A stretch of DNA of 64,000 nt from Octopus sinensis (lineage: Eukaryota): positions 53,258,001 through 53,322,000 of the forward strand of contig NC_043010.1 in NCBI RefSeq assembly GCF_006345805.1, written 5' to 3'. Positions 40,399 to 54,039 of the stretch are shown piece by piece. A program made the translations under genes and the position numbers. The notes under the pieces were generated by a model. It was not told the DNA's origin. It worked only from the letters and a program-made list of their open reading frames with translations, and searched no databases. The first letter of the stretch is position 1; every line of letters starts with the position of its first letter.

Positions 40399-41149
40399 GA
40401 TGGAAGTCCTCCGCCCACGGGATCAACTGACTAGTGTATAAGCGTCGACATTCGATCTTAAGTCCTTCATCTCGGGATCATTAGCATCATTCAAAGTATG
40501 AAGTCATACACGTCCGAAATGCCTTATAGGAATACTGGCATATTTTATTTGCTGTTGAAAGAAGTCAAATTTGGTTCAGATTTGCAAAATAGCAGCCACA
40601 AAAATAAATACAATGTAGAGATTCAATAAAGAAGTTTTTACAATTTACTGCACAGTGTACCAAAACGTGTTACTAAACAGCTTCATAAGATTTTGTCATG
40701 CAGCTATATTCAGTAACCAAAATTGATATCTGACAAAACTTAATATATTGGCAGTCACAACTGTCAGGACTGCCTTCAGCTACGGAAACGAGAGACAGTC
40801 TTATATGAAACGAGCAGCAGTTCTTTGCCTTTAATGCAAAGCACAAGCTGATTCTATCGCACAGTCAGCGAGACAGTCATGTCTGCAATAATGTTGTTTT
40901 TTTTTTGTTGTTTTTTTTTAATGCCAGAGTGATTGTTCCTAAAGCAAAAAAGAAAAGCCTGTCTGTAATATCCTTCAACATATAAAGTTTTCCTGCATTT
41001 ATCACTTGTTTTACTTATGCCTTTCGCTTCTTATGCAGATCTGGTTTGAGCTCTCCTTTCTTCTCCTCTCTTGCAAAATGCCTTCTTTTTAAGCTCAGCC
41101 TCAGTAAAATATCCCCCATCAGCAAAATAGTTCTTTCTCCAATAGGATA

Positions 41150-41340
41150 GTCACAAGGCCTGAAATTTGGGGTAGGGGGTTAGTCGATAACATCGACCGC
41201 AGTGCGTGACGTATTTATCTCATCGACACCAAAAGGATGACAGGCAAAGTCGATCTCGACTGAATTTAAACTCAGAATGTAAACCCAAAAGAAATGCCGC
41301 TAAGCACTTTTACCGGCGAGCTAACGACTCTGCCAGCTCA
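41150..41340 (-). mobile_element. Diverged SINE family B (further degenerate copies near 8755, 24480, 37085, 44980, 45170, 59400)
   Basis: AAAGGATGA.AGGCAAAGTCGA..AACTCAGAA..CTGCCAGCTC. Confidence 0.8.
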
Positions 41341-42340
41341 TAATGAATATAATAATGGTATATGTTTCGTTAAGAGACGGATTTCGTTTCGCAGGTCTTG
41401 GCTTTGAATTATAATCCATACTTTTTAGGTAAAGGTATTGAACCTACACAAGCCCAATTTTATCTCAGAGAAGAGATAGTTTACATTAATTTGACCTCTG
41501 TACTTTGACATATCCATCATAGATAGTGTCCCATTCTTAGACACAACCATAACAAGTTTTAGTCGCAAAGGTCGACCTCAGTTAATTCTAATAGACTTCT
41601 GGGTTGTTTTTGATGGCTCTGATTTAGTGAGTGACAATGAGAGGGATTTATAAGTTGGGAATCTTGCTTCTTTAGGTAATCTTATACGTCCACTATTCTC
41701 GTTTCACTTTGCAATGCAAATGGCCGGTGCGCAGCCTAAGGGGGTAAGTTAATCGTTTTATGGACTTTGCGTTTTATTGTTACCAGGAGCATGCGCTCCG
41801 ATGGCATAGCTCTAACAGTCATTGATGCAAACAGCAAAGACTGGACCTTGTGATGGACGTTAATCACCGGGAAAAAATAAATTCGACAGTTTATACAACT
41901 GCTATTACATGAACATTTAATGCAGAAAATATATTTTTTGCTGAGCAAAAGAATATATTTTTCTCAAGCGAATTAACAGAGAAAACGAAATGACTACAAA
42001 AGAGAATTTAAACCAGAATGCAGAGACAATTAACTGCGTATATCTATTTAGAATGTTTCTTTTATCCGTTCTTATCTTCCACCAGTTTCAGTTATTGGAC
42101 TGCGGCTATGCTGGGACACTGCCATGTAAGATTTAGCCGAATAAATCGACGTAATACTAGTTTGGTAAGTTCGGTATTTACTGTATCAGTTTGCTTTGCA
42201 GAACCACTAGTTTCAGGAACGTAAACAAACCAACACTGTTGTCAAGCGGTGGTAGAGATCAAACAGAACACAAACATCCACGCCACACACACACCTTATA
42301 TATATATATTCGTATATATACATACACCACATATATATAG

Positions 42341-42394
<54 letters not shown>

Positions 42395-42477
42395 TATAAA
42401 TAGTATATAAATATATGCATATATACATACATATATGTACATACCTACATATATATGTATATATACATGCATATATA

Positions 42478-42952
42478 GGTACAGGACATCAAAAAAACGT
42501 TGAACACAATGAGAAACGAAAACATAAACACAAAAACATAGAAAACGAACTTTTTTTTAACAAAGAGAAAACCAACAGAGAAACGAGACATGCCACATAG
42601 AGAATATTCCACTTCATCAGTTGTCACCGTTTCAACTACTACGCGTTACGTGAGCAAGGACAATACGCGACTTCGTTGAAACAGTCCTTCCCGTAAAACA
42701 GATTACATAAAATTTGGGATCCTTATGCGAAGGTGAAAGTGGTAACAAGAACAGAACTGTGAGAACAAGACAGTAAAAACAAACGGTGAGGGCTGTTGAG
42801 CCAAGACGATAGAAAAATTATTATGAACGCTTGGAGGACGAGCTTATGAGAGGAGACGGGTATTAGAACGTGTTGTCTTTAGGAAGGAAATGGGCAGAAA
42901 GATAGATTCCCTTTCGTCATGTGTCAGCAACGAGAGAGTCAAGGAGGAAGAG

Positions 42953-42955
<3 letters not shown>
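42478..42955 (-). mobile_element. (TA)n-embedded element with ACGCGTA...CTGATGA motif
   Basis: Flanked by TA repeats on both sides; homologous to 27990-28215. Confidence 0.55.
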
Positions 42956-43006
<51 letters not shown>

Positions 43007-43498
43007 GTTAGACAAATTCACTGAGAAAGTTCGAGGGAATACATTAAGACACCAAACCTGCCGCACAGTCAGATTGAACCCAAAACCACGCGATCGCAAA
43101 ACGAGCTTCTTAACCATATTGCTATGTCTACATCTTCGCTTGTGAATTTAAAAAAAAGCTGACGTGAGTTATATAATAGAAACAGACTAAATAACTTAAT
43201 AGATAACAACAATTCATTCTTAAACATGAATTGTTATCTAGCGATGAGAAGAGAAAGATTGATACGTTACTAATGATGTCTAGATATGTTACTAGCTCAG
43301 GATAGATGTATGAAATAGCATAACGGTAAATCAACTCACTTGGCAAACAAGTACAGCTCCGAAATATACATTATAATTGTAAATAATGTGTGCTTCTATA
43401 AAATATAGATTTTCTTCATAAAGTTGTATGAAATCATGTATAGCAATTCCAGTTAACAAAACTGGTTTGGAAATTCTGTTTCTTTTCTCCAACTCCCC

Positions 43499-43560
<62 letters not shown>

Positions 43561-44338
43561 ATACGTTTTCTCTGTGTCTTTTCTTGACTAGAAACATGCC
43601 TTTGTTTATGCTAAGGTCGAGGAAATATTTTCAGACTGCGTTGGTGTAGACAAAAGGCAACCTACAATTCCAGAGTTTAACGTCTGCGGAAATGTATGAA
43701 GGTGAAAACTAGAATGTCTTGTGGTTTTGCAACAGAAATCTTTAGGTTCTGACGTCATAACTGAACTATTTCACAAACTCCAAATGAAAAATCAAACGAA
43801 ATTATAATTTACTAAATTTGTAATCAGCAAACCATCCCTACCCCCATCCTCTCTTTACCTTTCACATTTTTGAAAAATATTGATTTTGATGACGTCATAA
43901 ATGTTTTGCCCCCCCCACACACACACACACACGCACACACAAGTTCCACCCAATTTTCAAATACGTCTGAACGTTGATATCAATGAAATTAAATAAAATT
44001 TGTTTAAAGTTTACAGTTAATTCATTTATTCGACCGATAGCTTTGACGAAAAAAAAATTATATATTAAATTGTGAGGTTTCTAATAGACAGACAACATGG
44101 AGTCTTATGCTTCAGGATTAGTGTCAAATGAGGTATGAAATGATTCGAACCAGAATTTGAAGTGAATGAAAGATGCTAATCATTTCTTACAAGAAGGTAT
44201 TCGACCTTTTCATTTTGTTTATTATATTTTATTATTTGTTTATGTCTATCGTTGACACGTCCCATTCATTGAACCGCGGCCATGCTGGGGCTTTACCTTG
44301 ACAGGACTTAATCGAAAATATCTCTCCAGGTTTTAAAA

Positions 44339-44649
44339 CAGTGGTTTTCAATCGGGGTCCACATGGCACCTGAGCGTCCATATTTAGTATTTAGGGTTTC
44401 GCGCAACAAAATAGCAAATTCGGGATCCATAATAATATTTTAAGCAACTCTGAAAAAAAATTGCATTCGATGTAAGCATTGGTATATATTGCAAGAAACA
44501 ACCAGGTTTCTTTCTCTAACATTTTACAAAGTTCAACCTAAACAAATTAATGTGTGATAAACAAAATGGAAATTTATGGGAATCCACCAGAATAAATTAG
44601 CTATCAAAGGGGTCCTTAGATAAAAAAAAAAAATGGTGGAGAACCCCTG
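44339..44649. mobile_element. hAT-type MITE
   Basis: Ends CAGTGGTTTTCAA / TGGAGAACCCCTG; 8-bp flanks TTTTAAAA vs TTTCAGAA (degenerate TSD). Confidence 0.75.
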
Positions 44650-45398
44650 TTTCAGAATGTTGTTCGTGGTTTTATAATTTGTGAATCTTGCTGCTGCAGT
44701 AAACCTTGCCCCTCAAATGACTGAAACGAATAAAGGAATAAAAGAATACTTCAAGGTGGTGCTCCAGCATAGCCGCAGTCAAATAACCGAAACAAGGTAA
44801 AAAAAAAAAATTAAGTGAAAGAATATAAATCCCATTTTTTTTTCCATAAAAAGTCTGGAGTAGCTTTCAGACCAGGAAATGCGTAGAAGCATGTGAATAT
44901 TTCAAACACCAAGAAAAGTTATTCAGAATGCCAAGTTCATAATAAAAAGAGTGAATAAGTATTTTTCAATAGTGGATTAAAATTTTGGCCGAAGACCAGT
45001 AATTTGGAGAGATGGATTGGGGTCGATTACCCCAGAAGGATGAAAAGCAAGATCGACCTCTCGGTAGTATTTGGAGTCAAAACGTAATGACTGACGAAAT
45101 GCTGCTAAACATTTTGGTCGACACCCTAACGATTCTATAAGCTTACTGCCTTCATCGGCTTTAATATTGGTTTTGATACAGTCCAGCAATTTCGGGGAAG
45201 GGGATATGTCGATTACTGGTATTTATTTTATCAACCCCAAAAGAAAGAGAGGCGAAGACTACCATGGCCGAAATTTCAACTCAAAACATAAAGACGAACA
45301 AAATGACGCTAAGCATTTTGTTCGGCGTGCCAGCGTTTCTTCAAACTCGCTGCTTTTTAGTCTTCTTCAACACTACCAACTTATACTAATATTGTATG

Positions 45399-48300
45399 GA
45401 TTCAGATTATCCACTGGATACAAAATGAATATTTGACAGAGGAACCGAACCAACATTTGGTGGTGCTTCTTTCAGTTGAATTCTGTATCTTCTCTATCAC
45501 GTCTGACAAGAACAAAAGACAATTTTGAAGGCGAAAACAGAGAGTTAGCTGATTCAGATTATACTGGATACAAAATGAATATTTGACAGAGGAACCGAAC
45601 CAACATTTGTGGTGCTTCTTTCAGTTGAATTCTGTATCTCCTCTATCACGTCTGACAAGAACAAAAGACAATTTTGAAGGCGAAAACAGAGAGTTAGCTG
45701 ATTCAGATTATCACTGGATACAAAATGAATATTTGACAGAGGAACCGAACCAACATTTGGTGGTGCTTCTTTCAGTTGAATTCTGTATCTCCTCTATCAC
45801 GTCTGACAAGAACAAAAGACAATTTTGAAGGCGAAAACAGAGAGTTAGCTGATTCAGATTATCACTGGATACAAAATGAATATTTGACAGAGGAACCGAA
45901 CCAACATTTGGTGGTGCTTCTTTCAGTTGAATTCTGTATCTCCTCTATCACGTCTGACAAGAACAAAAAACAATTTTGAAGGCGAAAACAGAGAGTTAGC
46001 TGATTCAGATTATCACTGGATACAAAATGAATATTTGACAGAGGAACCGAACCAACATTTGGTGGTGCTTCTTTCAGTTGAATTCTGTATCTCCTCTATC
46101 ACGTCTGACAAGAACAAAAGACAATTTTGAAGGCGAAAACAGAGAGTTAGCTGATTCAGATTATCACTGGATACAAAATGAATATTTGACAGAGGAACCG
46201 AACCAACATTTGGTGGTGCTTCTTTCAGTTGAATTCTGTATCTCCTCTATCACGTCTGACAAGAACAAAAGACAATTTTGAAGGCGAAAACAGAGAGTTA
46301 GCTGATTCAGATTATCACTGGATACAAAATGAATATTTGACAGAGGAACCGAACCAACATTTGGTGGTGCTTCTTTCAGTTGAATTCTGTATCTCCTCTA
46401 TCACGTCTGACAAGAACAAAAGACAATTTTGAAGGCGAAAACAGAGAGTTAGCTGATTCAGATTATCACTGGATACAAAATGAATATTTGACAGAGGAAC
46501 CGAACCAACATTTGGTGGTACTTCTTTCAGTTGAATTCTGTATCTCCTCTATCACGTCTGACAAGAACAAAAGACAATTTTGAAGGCGAAAACAGAGAGT
46601 TAGCTGATTCAGATTATCACTGGATACAAAATGAATATCTGACAGAGGAACCGAACCAACATTTGGTGGTGCTTCTTTCAGTTGAATTCTGTATCTTCTC
46701 TATCACGTCTGACAAGAACAAAAGACAATTTTGAAGGCGAAAACAGAGAGTTAGCTGATTCAGATTATCACTGGATACAAAATGAATATTTGACAGAGGA
46801 ACCGAACCAACATTTGGTGGTGCTTCTTTCAGTTGAATTCTGTATCTCCTCTATCACGTCTGACAAGAACAAAAGACAATTTTGAAGGCGAAAACAGACA
46901 GTTAGCTGATTCAGATTATCACTGGATACAAAATGAATATTTGACAGAGGAACCGAACCAACATTTGGTGGTGCTTCTTTCAGTTGAATTCTGTATCTCC
47001 TCTATCACGTCTGACAAGAACAAAAGACAATTTTGAAGGCGAAAACAGAGAGTTAGCTGATTCAGATTATCACTGGATACAAAATGAATATTTGACAGAG
47101 GAACCGAACCAACATTTGGTGGTGCTTCTTTCAGTTGAATTCTGTATCTTCTCTATCACGTCTGACAAGAACAAAAGACAATTTTGAAGGCGAAAACAGA
47201 GAGTTAGCTGATTCAGATTATCACTGGATACAAAATGAATATTTGACAGAGGAACCGAACCAACATTTGGTGGTGCTTCTTTCAGTGAATTCTGTATCTC
47301 CTCTATCACGTCTGACAAGAACAAAAGACAATTTTGAAGGCGAAAACAGAGAGTTAGCTGATTCAGATTATCACTGGATACAAAATGAATATTTGACAGA
47401 GGAACCGAACCAACATTTGGTGGTGCTTCTTTCAGTTGAATTCTGTATCTCCTCTATCACGTCTGACAAGAACAAAAGACAATTTTGAAGGCGAAAACAG
47501 AGAGTTAGCTGATTCAGATTATCACTGGATACAAAATGAATATTTGACAGAGGAACCGAACCAACATTTGGTGGTGCTTCTTTCAGTTGAATTCTGTATC
47601 TTCTCTATCACGTCTGACAAGAACAAAAGACAATTTTGAAGGCGAAAACAGACAGTTAGCTGATTCAGATTATCACTGGATACAAAATGAATATTTGACA
47701 GAGGAACCGAACCAACATTTGGTGGTGCTTCTTTCAGTTGAATTCTGTATCTCCTCTATCACGTCTGACAAGAACAAAAGACAATTTTGAAGGCGAAAAC
47801 AGAGAGTTAGCTGATTCAGATTATCACTGGATACAAAATGAATATTTGACAGAGGAACCGAACCAACATTTGGTGGTGCTTCTTTCAGTTGAATTCTGTA
47901 TCTCCTCTATCACGTCTGACAAGAACAAAAGACAATTTTGAAGGCGAAAACAGAGAGTTAGCTGATTCAGATTATCACTGGATACAAAATGAATATTTGA
48001 CAGAGGAACCGAACCAACATTTGGTGGTGCTTCTTTCAGTTGAATTCTGTATCTTCTCTATCACGTCTGACAAGAACAAAAGACAATTTTGAAGGCGAAA
48101 ACAGAGAGTTAGCTGATTCAGATTATCACTGGATACAAAATGAATATTTGACAGAGGAACCGAACCAACATTTGGTGGTGCTTCTTTCAGTTGAATTCTG
48201 TATCTTCTCTATCACGTCTGACAAGAACAAAAGACAATTTTGAAGGCGAAAACAGAGAGTTAGCTGATTCAGATTATCACTGGATACAAAACGAATATTT

Positions 48301-49470
48301 GACAGAGGAACCGAACCAACATTTGGTGGTGCTTCTTTCAGTTGAATTCTGTATCTCCTCTATCACGTCTGACAAGAACAAAAGACATTTTGAAGGCGAA
48401 AACAGAGAGTTAGCTGATTCAGATTATCACTGGATACAAAATGAATATTTGACAGAGGAACCGAACCAACATTTGGTGGTGCTTCTTTCAGTTGAATTCT
48501 GTATCTCCTCTATCACGTCTGACAAGAACAAAAGACAATTTTGAAGGCGAAAACAGAGAGTTAGCTGATTCAGATTATCACTGGATACAAAATGAATATT
48601 TGACAGAGGAACCGAACCAACATTTGGTGGTGCTTCTTTCAGTTGAATTCTGTATCTCCTCTATCACGTCTGACAAGAACAAAAGACAATTTTGAAGGCG
48701 CGAAAACAGAGAGTTAGCTGATTCAGATTATCACTGGATACAAAATGAATATTTGACAGAGGAACCGAACCAACATTTGGTGGTGCTTCTTTCAGTTGAA
48801 TTCTGTATCTTCTCTATCACGTCTGACAAGAACAAAAGACAATTTTGAAGGCGAAAACAGAGAGTTAGCTGATTCAGATTATCACTGGATACAAAATGAA
48901 TATTTGACAGAGGAACCGAACCAACATTTGGTGGTGCTTCTTTCAGTTGAATTCTGTATCTTCTCTATCACGTCTGACAAGAACAAAAGACAATTTTGAA
49001 GGCGAAAACAGAGAGTTAGCTGATTCAGATTATCACTGGATACAAAATGAATATTTGACAGAGGAACCGAACCAACATTTGGTGGTGCTTCTTTCAGTTG
49101 AATTCTGTATCTTCTCTATCACGTCTGACAAGAACAAAAGACAATTTTGAAGGCGAAAACAGAGAGTTAGCTGATTCAGATTATCACTGGATACAAAATG
49201 AATATTTGACAGAGGAACCGAACCAACATTTGGTGGTGCTTCTTTCAGTTGAATTCTGTATCTCCTCTATCACGTCTGACAAGAACAAAAGACAATTTTG
49301 AAGGCGAAAACAGAGAGTTAGCTGATTCAGATTATCACTGGATACAAAATGAATATTTGACAGAGGAACCGAACCAACATTTGGTGGTGCTTCTTTCAGT
49401 TGAATTCTGTATCTTCTCTATCACGTCTGACAAGAACAAAAGACAATTTTGAAGGCGAAAAAAAAGAGTT
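45399..49470. repeat. Tandem array of ~27 near-identical 151-bp units (satellite/VNTR)
   Basis: Unit GATTCAGATTATCACTGG...GAGAGTTAGCT; 151-bp periodicity also visible in the ORF starts; one EcoRI site per unit. Confidence 0.98.
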
Positions 49471-49970
49471 ACCTTATCCCTGCTCAAAATCAAGCATATT
49501 TTTGGTTTCCTTTCTACGTCATTCAGCTACGTGTGCTTTGAATGCTGTAGATGTGTTCTGCGCAATGTATGATGTTTGTCGTTTTGCAGGTATTATGTTA
49601 TTTTGTCGTTGAGTGTGATGTAGGTTCTCTTATCATTAATGTTCTCCGGTGTTGCTAAGAAGGGACACTTGGGATTTAAAAGACATTTTACATCTGATTC
49701 TTTATTCAGAATTTGAAACATGAGAGTTTGGATGCTGTAAAAATCATGTCATAGTGAAGTATCTTATAACGTTGCACATAGGGGTTTAATGTATATGGAG
49801 TTTCATTTGTGTTATTGTGATGAAAACAAGATAACATCGGTAAATAAAAATTACTTTTTGCCTTCATTCTTCTCCCTAGGTTTTTTACTGTACAAGTGTT
49901 CGAAATACGGCGAATAACATTTACACATACATACATACATACATACATACATACATACATACATACATAA

Positions 49971-50040
<70 letters not shown>

Positions 50041-50041
<1 letters not shown>

Positions 50042-50340
50042 TAATCCAAACAAGAAAAACAAAAAAGACAACAACGCAAAAGGTGGAACAAGTAAAGTAT
50101 TATTAGGCGCTCAGGAAAAAAGGGAAGAAGGAGGGTATCACGTTTCGAGCGGAGCTCTTCGTCGGAAACATAAGAGAAAGAAAGATCCCGAGGTGGGAGG
50201 ACAGAGGGAAAAAAACGCGAGTGGTCTTCACGAAGTAAACATACTGAGAGGCGGAAGTCGTAGACGAGAGGGGACAGGTTTTCAAAGACAGGAGAGCGGA
50301 AAAAGAAGGAAGGTAAAAACACAATGAGTGAGATGAAGAG
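50041..50340 (-). mobile_element. Hammerhead-bearing element (family of 4296-4505), core mutated
   Basis: Minus 50165-50138 CCGACGAAGAGCTCCGCTCGAAACGTG; abuts (TA)n. Confidence 0.65.
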
Positions 50341-50711
50341 TGTGTGTATGTGAGTGTGTGGGTGTGTGTGTATGTATATATACATATACATACATATATA
50401 CATACATATACGTACACAGACATTCATATATTCATAACACTAATAATTGATGTATGAGAGATATAGTGTTACATCGTCTTAGCGACACTACTTTCGTTCC
50501 AATAGTCTCTCATTAAGAAACTCAAAGCTAGACTTAGGTCATTGAGGGGTTAGCATGAGTGTATAACTGTAAAGAAATACCAAGGCGGATTCCAATAAAC
50601 TAATTGGTTTCTTCAGAATAACAAAAAAAAAAGCCTCATGCAGCAACCATGGCAATATTCAGTAATATATTTTGACAATACCTTCTTCTGATTATTTATG
50701 ATCTGAGTGAA

Positions 50712-50960
50712 TAATGGCTGTGTGGTAGGAAGCTTGCCTCCCAACCACATGCTTCGATATTCAGTCCCACTGCGTGGCACCTTGGGCAAGTGTCTTCTAT
50801 TATATTCTCTAGCCTACGAAAATGAGTGGATTTTGTAGACGGAAATTAGAAGGCTTCGATATTCAGTCCCACTGCGTGGCACCTTGGGCAAGTGTCTTCT
50901 ATTATATTCTCTAGCCTACGAAAATGAGTGGATTTTGTAGACGGAAATTAGAAGGAGCCA
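50712..50960 (+). mobile_element. SINE family A 5' part with internal tandem duplication; 3' part resumes at ~51220-51430
   Basis: GCTTCGATATTCAGTCCCAC..GGAAATTAGAAGG occurs twice. Confidence 0.85.
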
Positions 50961-50961
50961 T

Positions 50962-51021
<60 letters not shown>

Positions 51022-51026
<5 letters not shown>

Positions 51027-51168
51027 GTGAATATAATATGTGACAATGATTCGGTACCCAAGATAAAACTCTGAGTTTTGGATAACGAGGTGGAAATACA
51101 CACCGCCATGTCTTCAGTTTACATAATATTGAGATCTCTTTCTTTCTTTTGTTATCTTACCATTTTTA

Positions 51169-51172
<4 letters not shown>
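51022..51172 (-). mobile_element. Short hammerhead-bearing element (family of 59770-60836) inserted in the internal (TA)n of a SINE A
   Basis: ATCTGT.AAT.TAATATGTGACAAT.ATTCGGTA.. matches 60181-60280; inverted tail TTTTGTTATCTTACCATTTTTACCAA. Confidence 0.75.
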
Positions 51173-51219
<47 letters not shown>

Positions 51220-51644
51220 GTGTGTCCTTGTATCTGCGTTTGCTGACACATACCCACACACATCACCACTTGGTATTGCTGTTTTTACGTTTCATTAACT
51301 TAGAAATTTCAGGCTTTAAAAAAATAAGTGCCGCGGTCGATTCATTCGACTAAACATTTTGAAAAGTGGTGCCCCCGCATGGTCGCAGTCTAATAATAGA
51401 AACAAGTAAAAGACAAAGAATAAAAGATTCTGCAAGAGGCGATAAAATCAGTACCAGTTTTTCACAGGGGTTCTCGTAATTGATTAACCATCTTTCTGAA
51501 ACGTTTTAGTCCTTTTGCCGATAGCAGGAGGAAATTCTTTTTAAAAATACATTCAGAATATCAAATCTATTTATAAAATGTTCGGTAATCCTTCGTGTAT
51601 GGGTATCTATTCATAAATACGTACGCCTTGACTCTTATCAACAG

Positions 51645-51755
51645 TTTAAAATGGATTCTCATGAAATTACAGCTGGAATTTTTAAAAATACATGCTGTTT
51701 CCTCTATTATGATGACAGCTATTACAATGGAGGTGCTCTTATGGATATTCCACAG
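51645..51755 (+). CDS. Possible isolated 111-nt exon (FKMDSHEITAGIFKNTCCFLYYDDSYYNGGALMDIPQ)
   Basis: ctcttatcaacAG acceptor, CAG|GTATTT donor, stop-free, phase 0-0; no family recognised. Confidence 0.2.
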
Positions 51756-52229
51756 GTATTTTGAAAATTGTAAGATGATTGCAAGTTTGGAGATAACCAT
51801 ATGTGATTTCTGTACAATTTGTATTTTTCTATGTTTCTGAGATGAGGAATTTCATATCATGTATTAGTCGAATTGTGTCCTTATCTTGATAGTTGCTTTC
51901 ACATCGTTGCAGCTGTGAACGTTCCAGACTTCTTCAGGTGTATTGTGGTGCATCTTAGTGACACTGACTACGGGGCATGGAGCTGGTTAATGCAGTACGG
52001 TCACTCAGAGATTCTGAGTACAATCTTAGGCAAGGCACTAAAGTGAATGACAATACGCCTCAAGAAGAATGGAGCGAACGCAGCCGAAACATAATGGAAA
52101 CAACAATCAAAACCAGGACAGCACTCCGATGAATTCATGTTTCGTATTACGCTTGAAAGAGATTTGTTTATATTATAGAACCCACTTCGGCCATGGGATT
52201 ACACTTTGGATGAAAATAAAGCATGTATT

Positions 52230-52436
52230 TCTTTTATTCTTTTATCTGTTTCAGTCGTTTGAATGCGGCCATGCTGGAGTACCGCCTTTAGTCGAGCAAT
52301 AGGACCCCAGGACTTATTCTTTGTAAGCCTAGTACTCATTCTATCCGTCTCTCTTGCGGATCCGCTAAGTTACGGGCATGTAAATACACCAGCGTCGGTT
52401 GTCAAGCGATGCTGGGGAGACAAACACAGACATACA

Positions 52437-52508
<72 letters not shown>

Positions 52509-52675
52509 TATACAACGGGCTTCTTTCAGTTTCCGTCTACCAAATCCACTCACAAGACTTTTGTCGGCCCGAGGCTATAGTAGAAGACACTTGCCCAAGT
52601 TGCCACGCCTTGGGAGTGAACCCGGAACCAGGTGGTTGGTAAGCAAGCTACTTACCACACAGCCACTCCTGCACC
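52230..52675 (-). mobile_element. SINE family A, full length
   Basis: Reverse complement of the family consensus. Confidence 0.92.
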
Positions 52676-52869
52676 TATATTTGTTCAGGAAAATATAGGA
52701 GCTACATTGGGATCTTAAAACAAAGGGCCAAGTGTCAAGACACAATTTGAAGAAAATGCTATGATTGCGAACTAGCAAAGTCGTTAGCACTCCGGACAAA
52801 AGGCTCAACGGAATTTCTTATGATTATTTATGATGTGAGTACATATCGGCTCTGTGGTCGGAAGCTTGC

Positions 52870-53140
52870 CTCGCACTGAGGCACAAGTCGCGGCAAGTTT
52901 GTTTATGGAAGACTAGCAGTCGCCCAGGCATAACAGTCTCTCCTCTCCACGCCACTGATGTTATCCAAGGGAAAGGTAAAGGCCGATACAGCTTGGCATC
53001 TGTGACGTCGCAATTTATTTCTACAGCTGAGTGAACTGGAGCAACGTGAAATGAAGTGTCTTGCTCAAGAACACAACACGCAGCCTGGTCCAGGTATCGA
53101 ACTCGCCACATTATGATTGTGACTCCGACTCTCTAATCAC
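52870..53140 (-). mobile_element. SINE family C
   Basis: Reverse complement of 28745-29030. Confidence 0.88.
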
Positions 53141-53174
53141 TAGTATAAAATGCAGCAAACGTAGTACTGTATAC

Positions 53175-53412
53175 TCTTTACTCTCTTTTACTCTTTTACT
53201 TGTTTCAGTCATGTGACTGTGGCCATGCTGGAGCACCGCCTTTAGTCGAGCAAATCAACCCAAGGACATATTCTTTGTAAGCGTAGTACTTATTCTATCG
53301 GTCGCTATTGCCGAACCGCTAAGGCTTTGGTCGATCCGAGGCTATAGTAGAAGACACTTGCCCAAGGTGCCACGCAGTGGGAGCGAACCCGGAACCACAC
53401 AGCCACTCCTAC
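53175..53412 (-). mobile_element. SINE family A, internally deleted
   Basis: CCGCTAAG joined directly to GCTTTGGTCG; central microsatellite absent. Confidence 0.88.
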
Positions 53413-53859
53413 ACCACTGTATGTGGCATTTTAAGAAACATCTCTGCAATGAATAGTCCTTTTTCTAGCCTAGTCACCTCTTGAATAACCGACAGGTGTT
53501 ATCTATTATTTTTTTTACTTACGTTAAGGCGTAAACACTCAAACTATGGAACGGAATTTAACATAATACATATAATTCTACAAATCTAAGTGTTCGTAGG
53601 AGAAGCTTTAACGAATCTTAATATGCTGAATAAATGAATAAAAATATATAAATGCCATACTTGATTCAATTTATTTATTTATATTATTATAATTGTAACA
53701 ATTGGCTTCAGATATTTCAAATATGCTTAACATGGCTGCGACTTCAGCTGCAAATTGACTCCTTCTTTAGGTTTTACGTATGTTTTCATATTTACTCTCA
53801 GTGTACACACACATACACACACACACACACACATAGTATATGCTTAATGCCATACATTA

Positions 53860-53905
<46 letters not shown>

Positions 53906-53960
53906 GCATGTATGTATATGTATGTATGTATTATGTGTGTATGTATGTATGTATGTTTAT

Positions 53961-53991
<31 letters not shown>

Positions 53992-54039
53992 ATATATATA
54001 TGTATATATCTATATATATGTATATATATGTATGCATGC

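Noticed and set aside
43750-43897. Two TGACGTCA (CRE) palindromes, third at 54732
   Set aside because: No associated promoter or gene; probably within an unclassified repeat
45399-49470. Array as CRISPR or repeat-protein gene
   Set aside because: No unique spacers; 151 is not a multiple of 3 and every frame hits stops; eukaryotic context
45399-49470. Array unit as retrozyme or C/D snoRNA cluster (CTGACAA..GAAA; GTGATAG/CTGA boxes)
   Set aside because: Core and boxes deviate at key positions and I could not form the supporting stems
49528-49589. Small plus-strand exon ATCALNAVDVFCAMYDVCRFA
   Set aside because: Short, weak donor, phase-incompatible with the 51645 candidate
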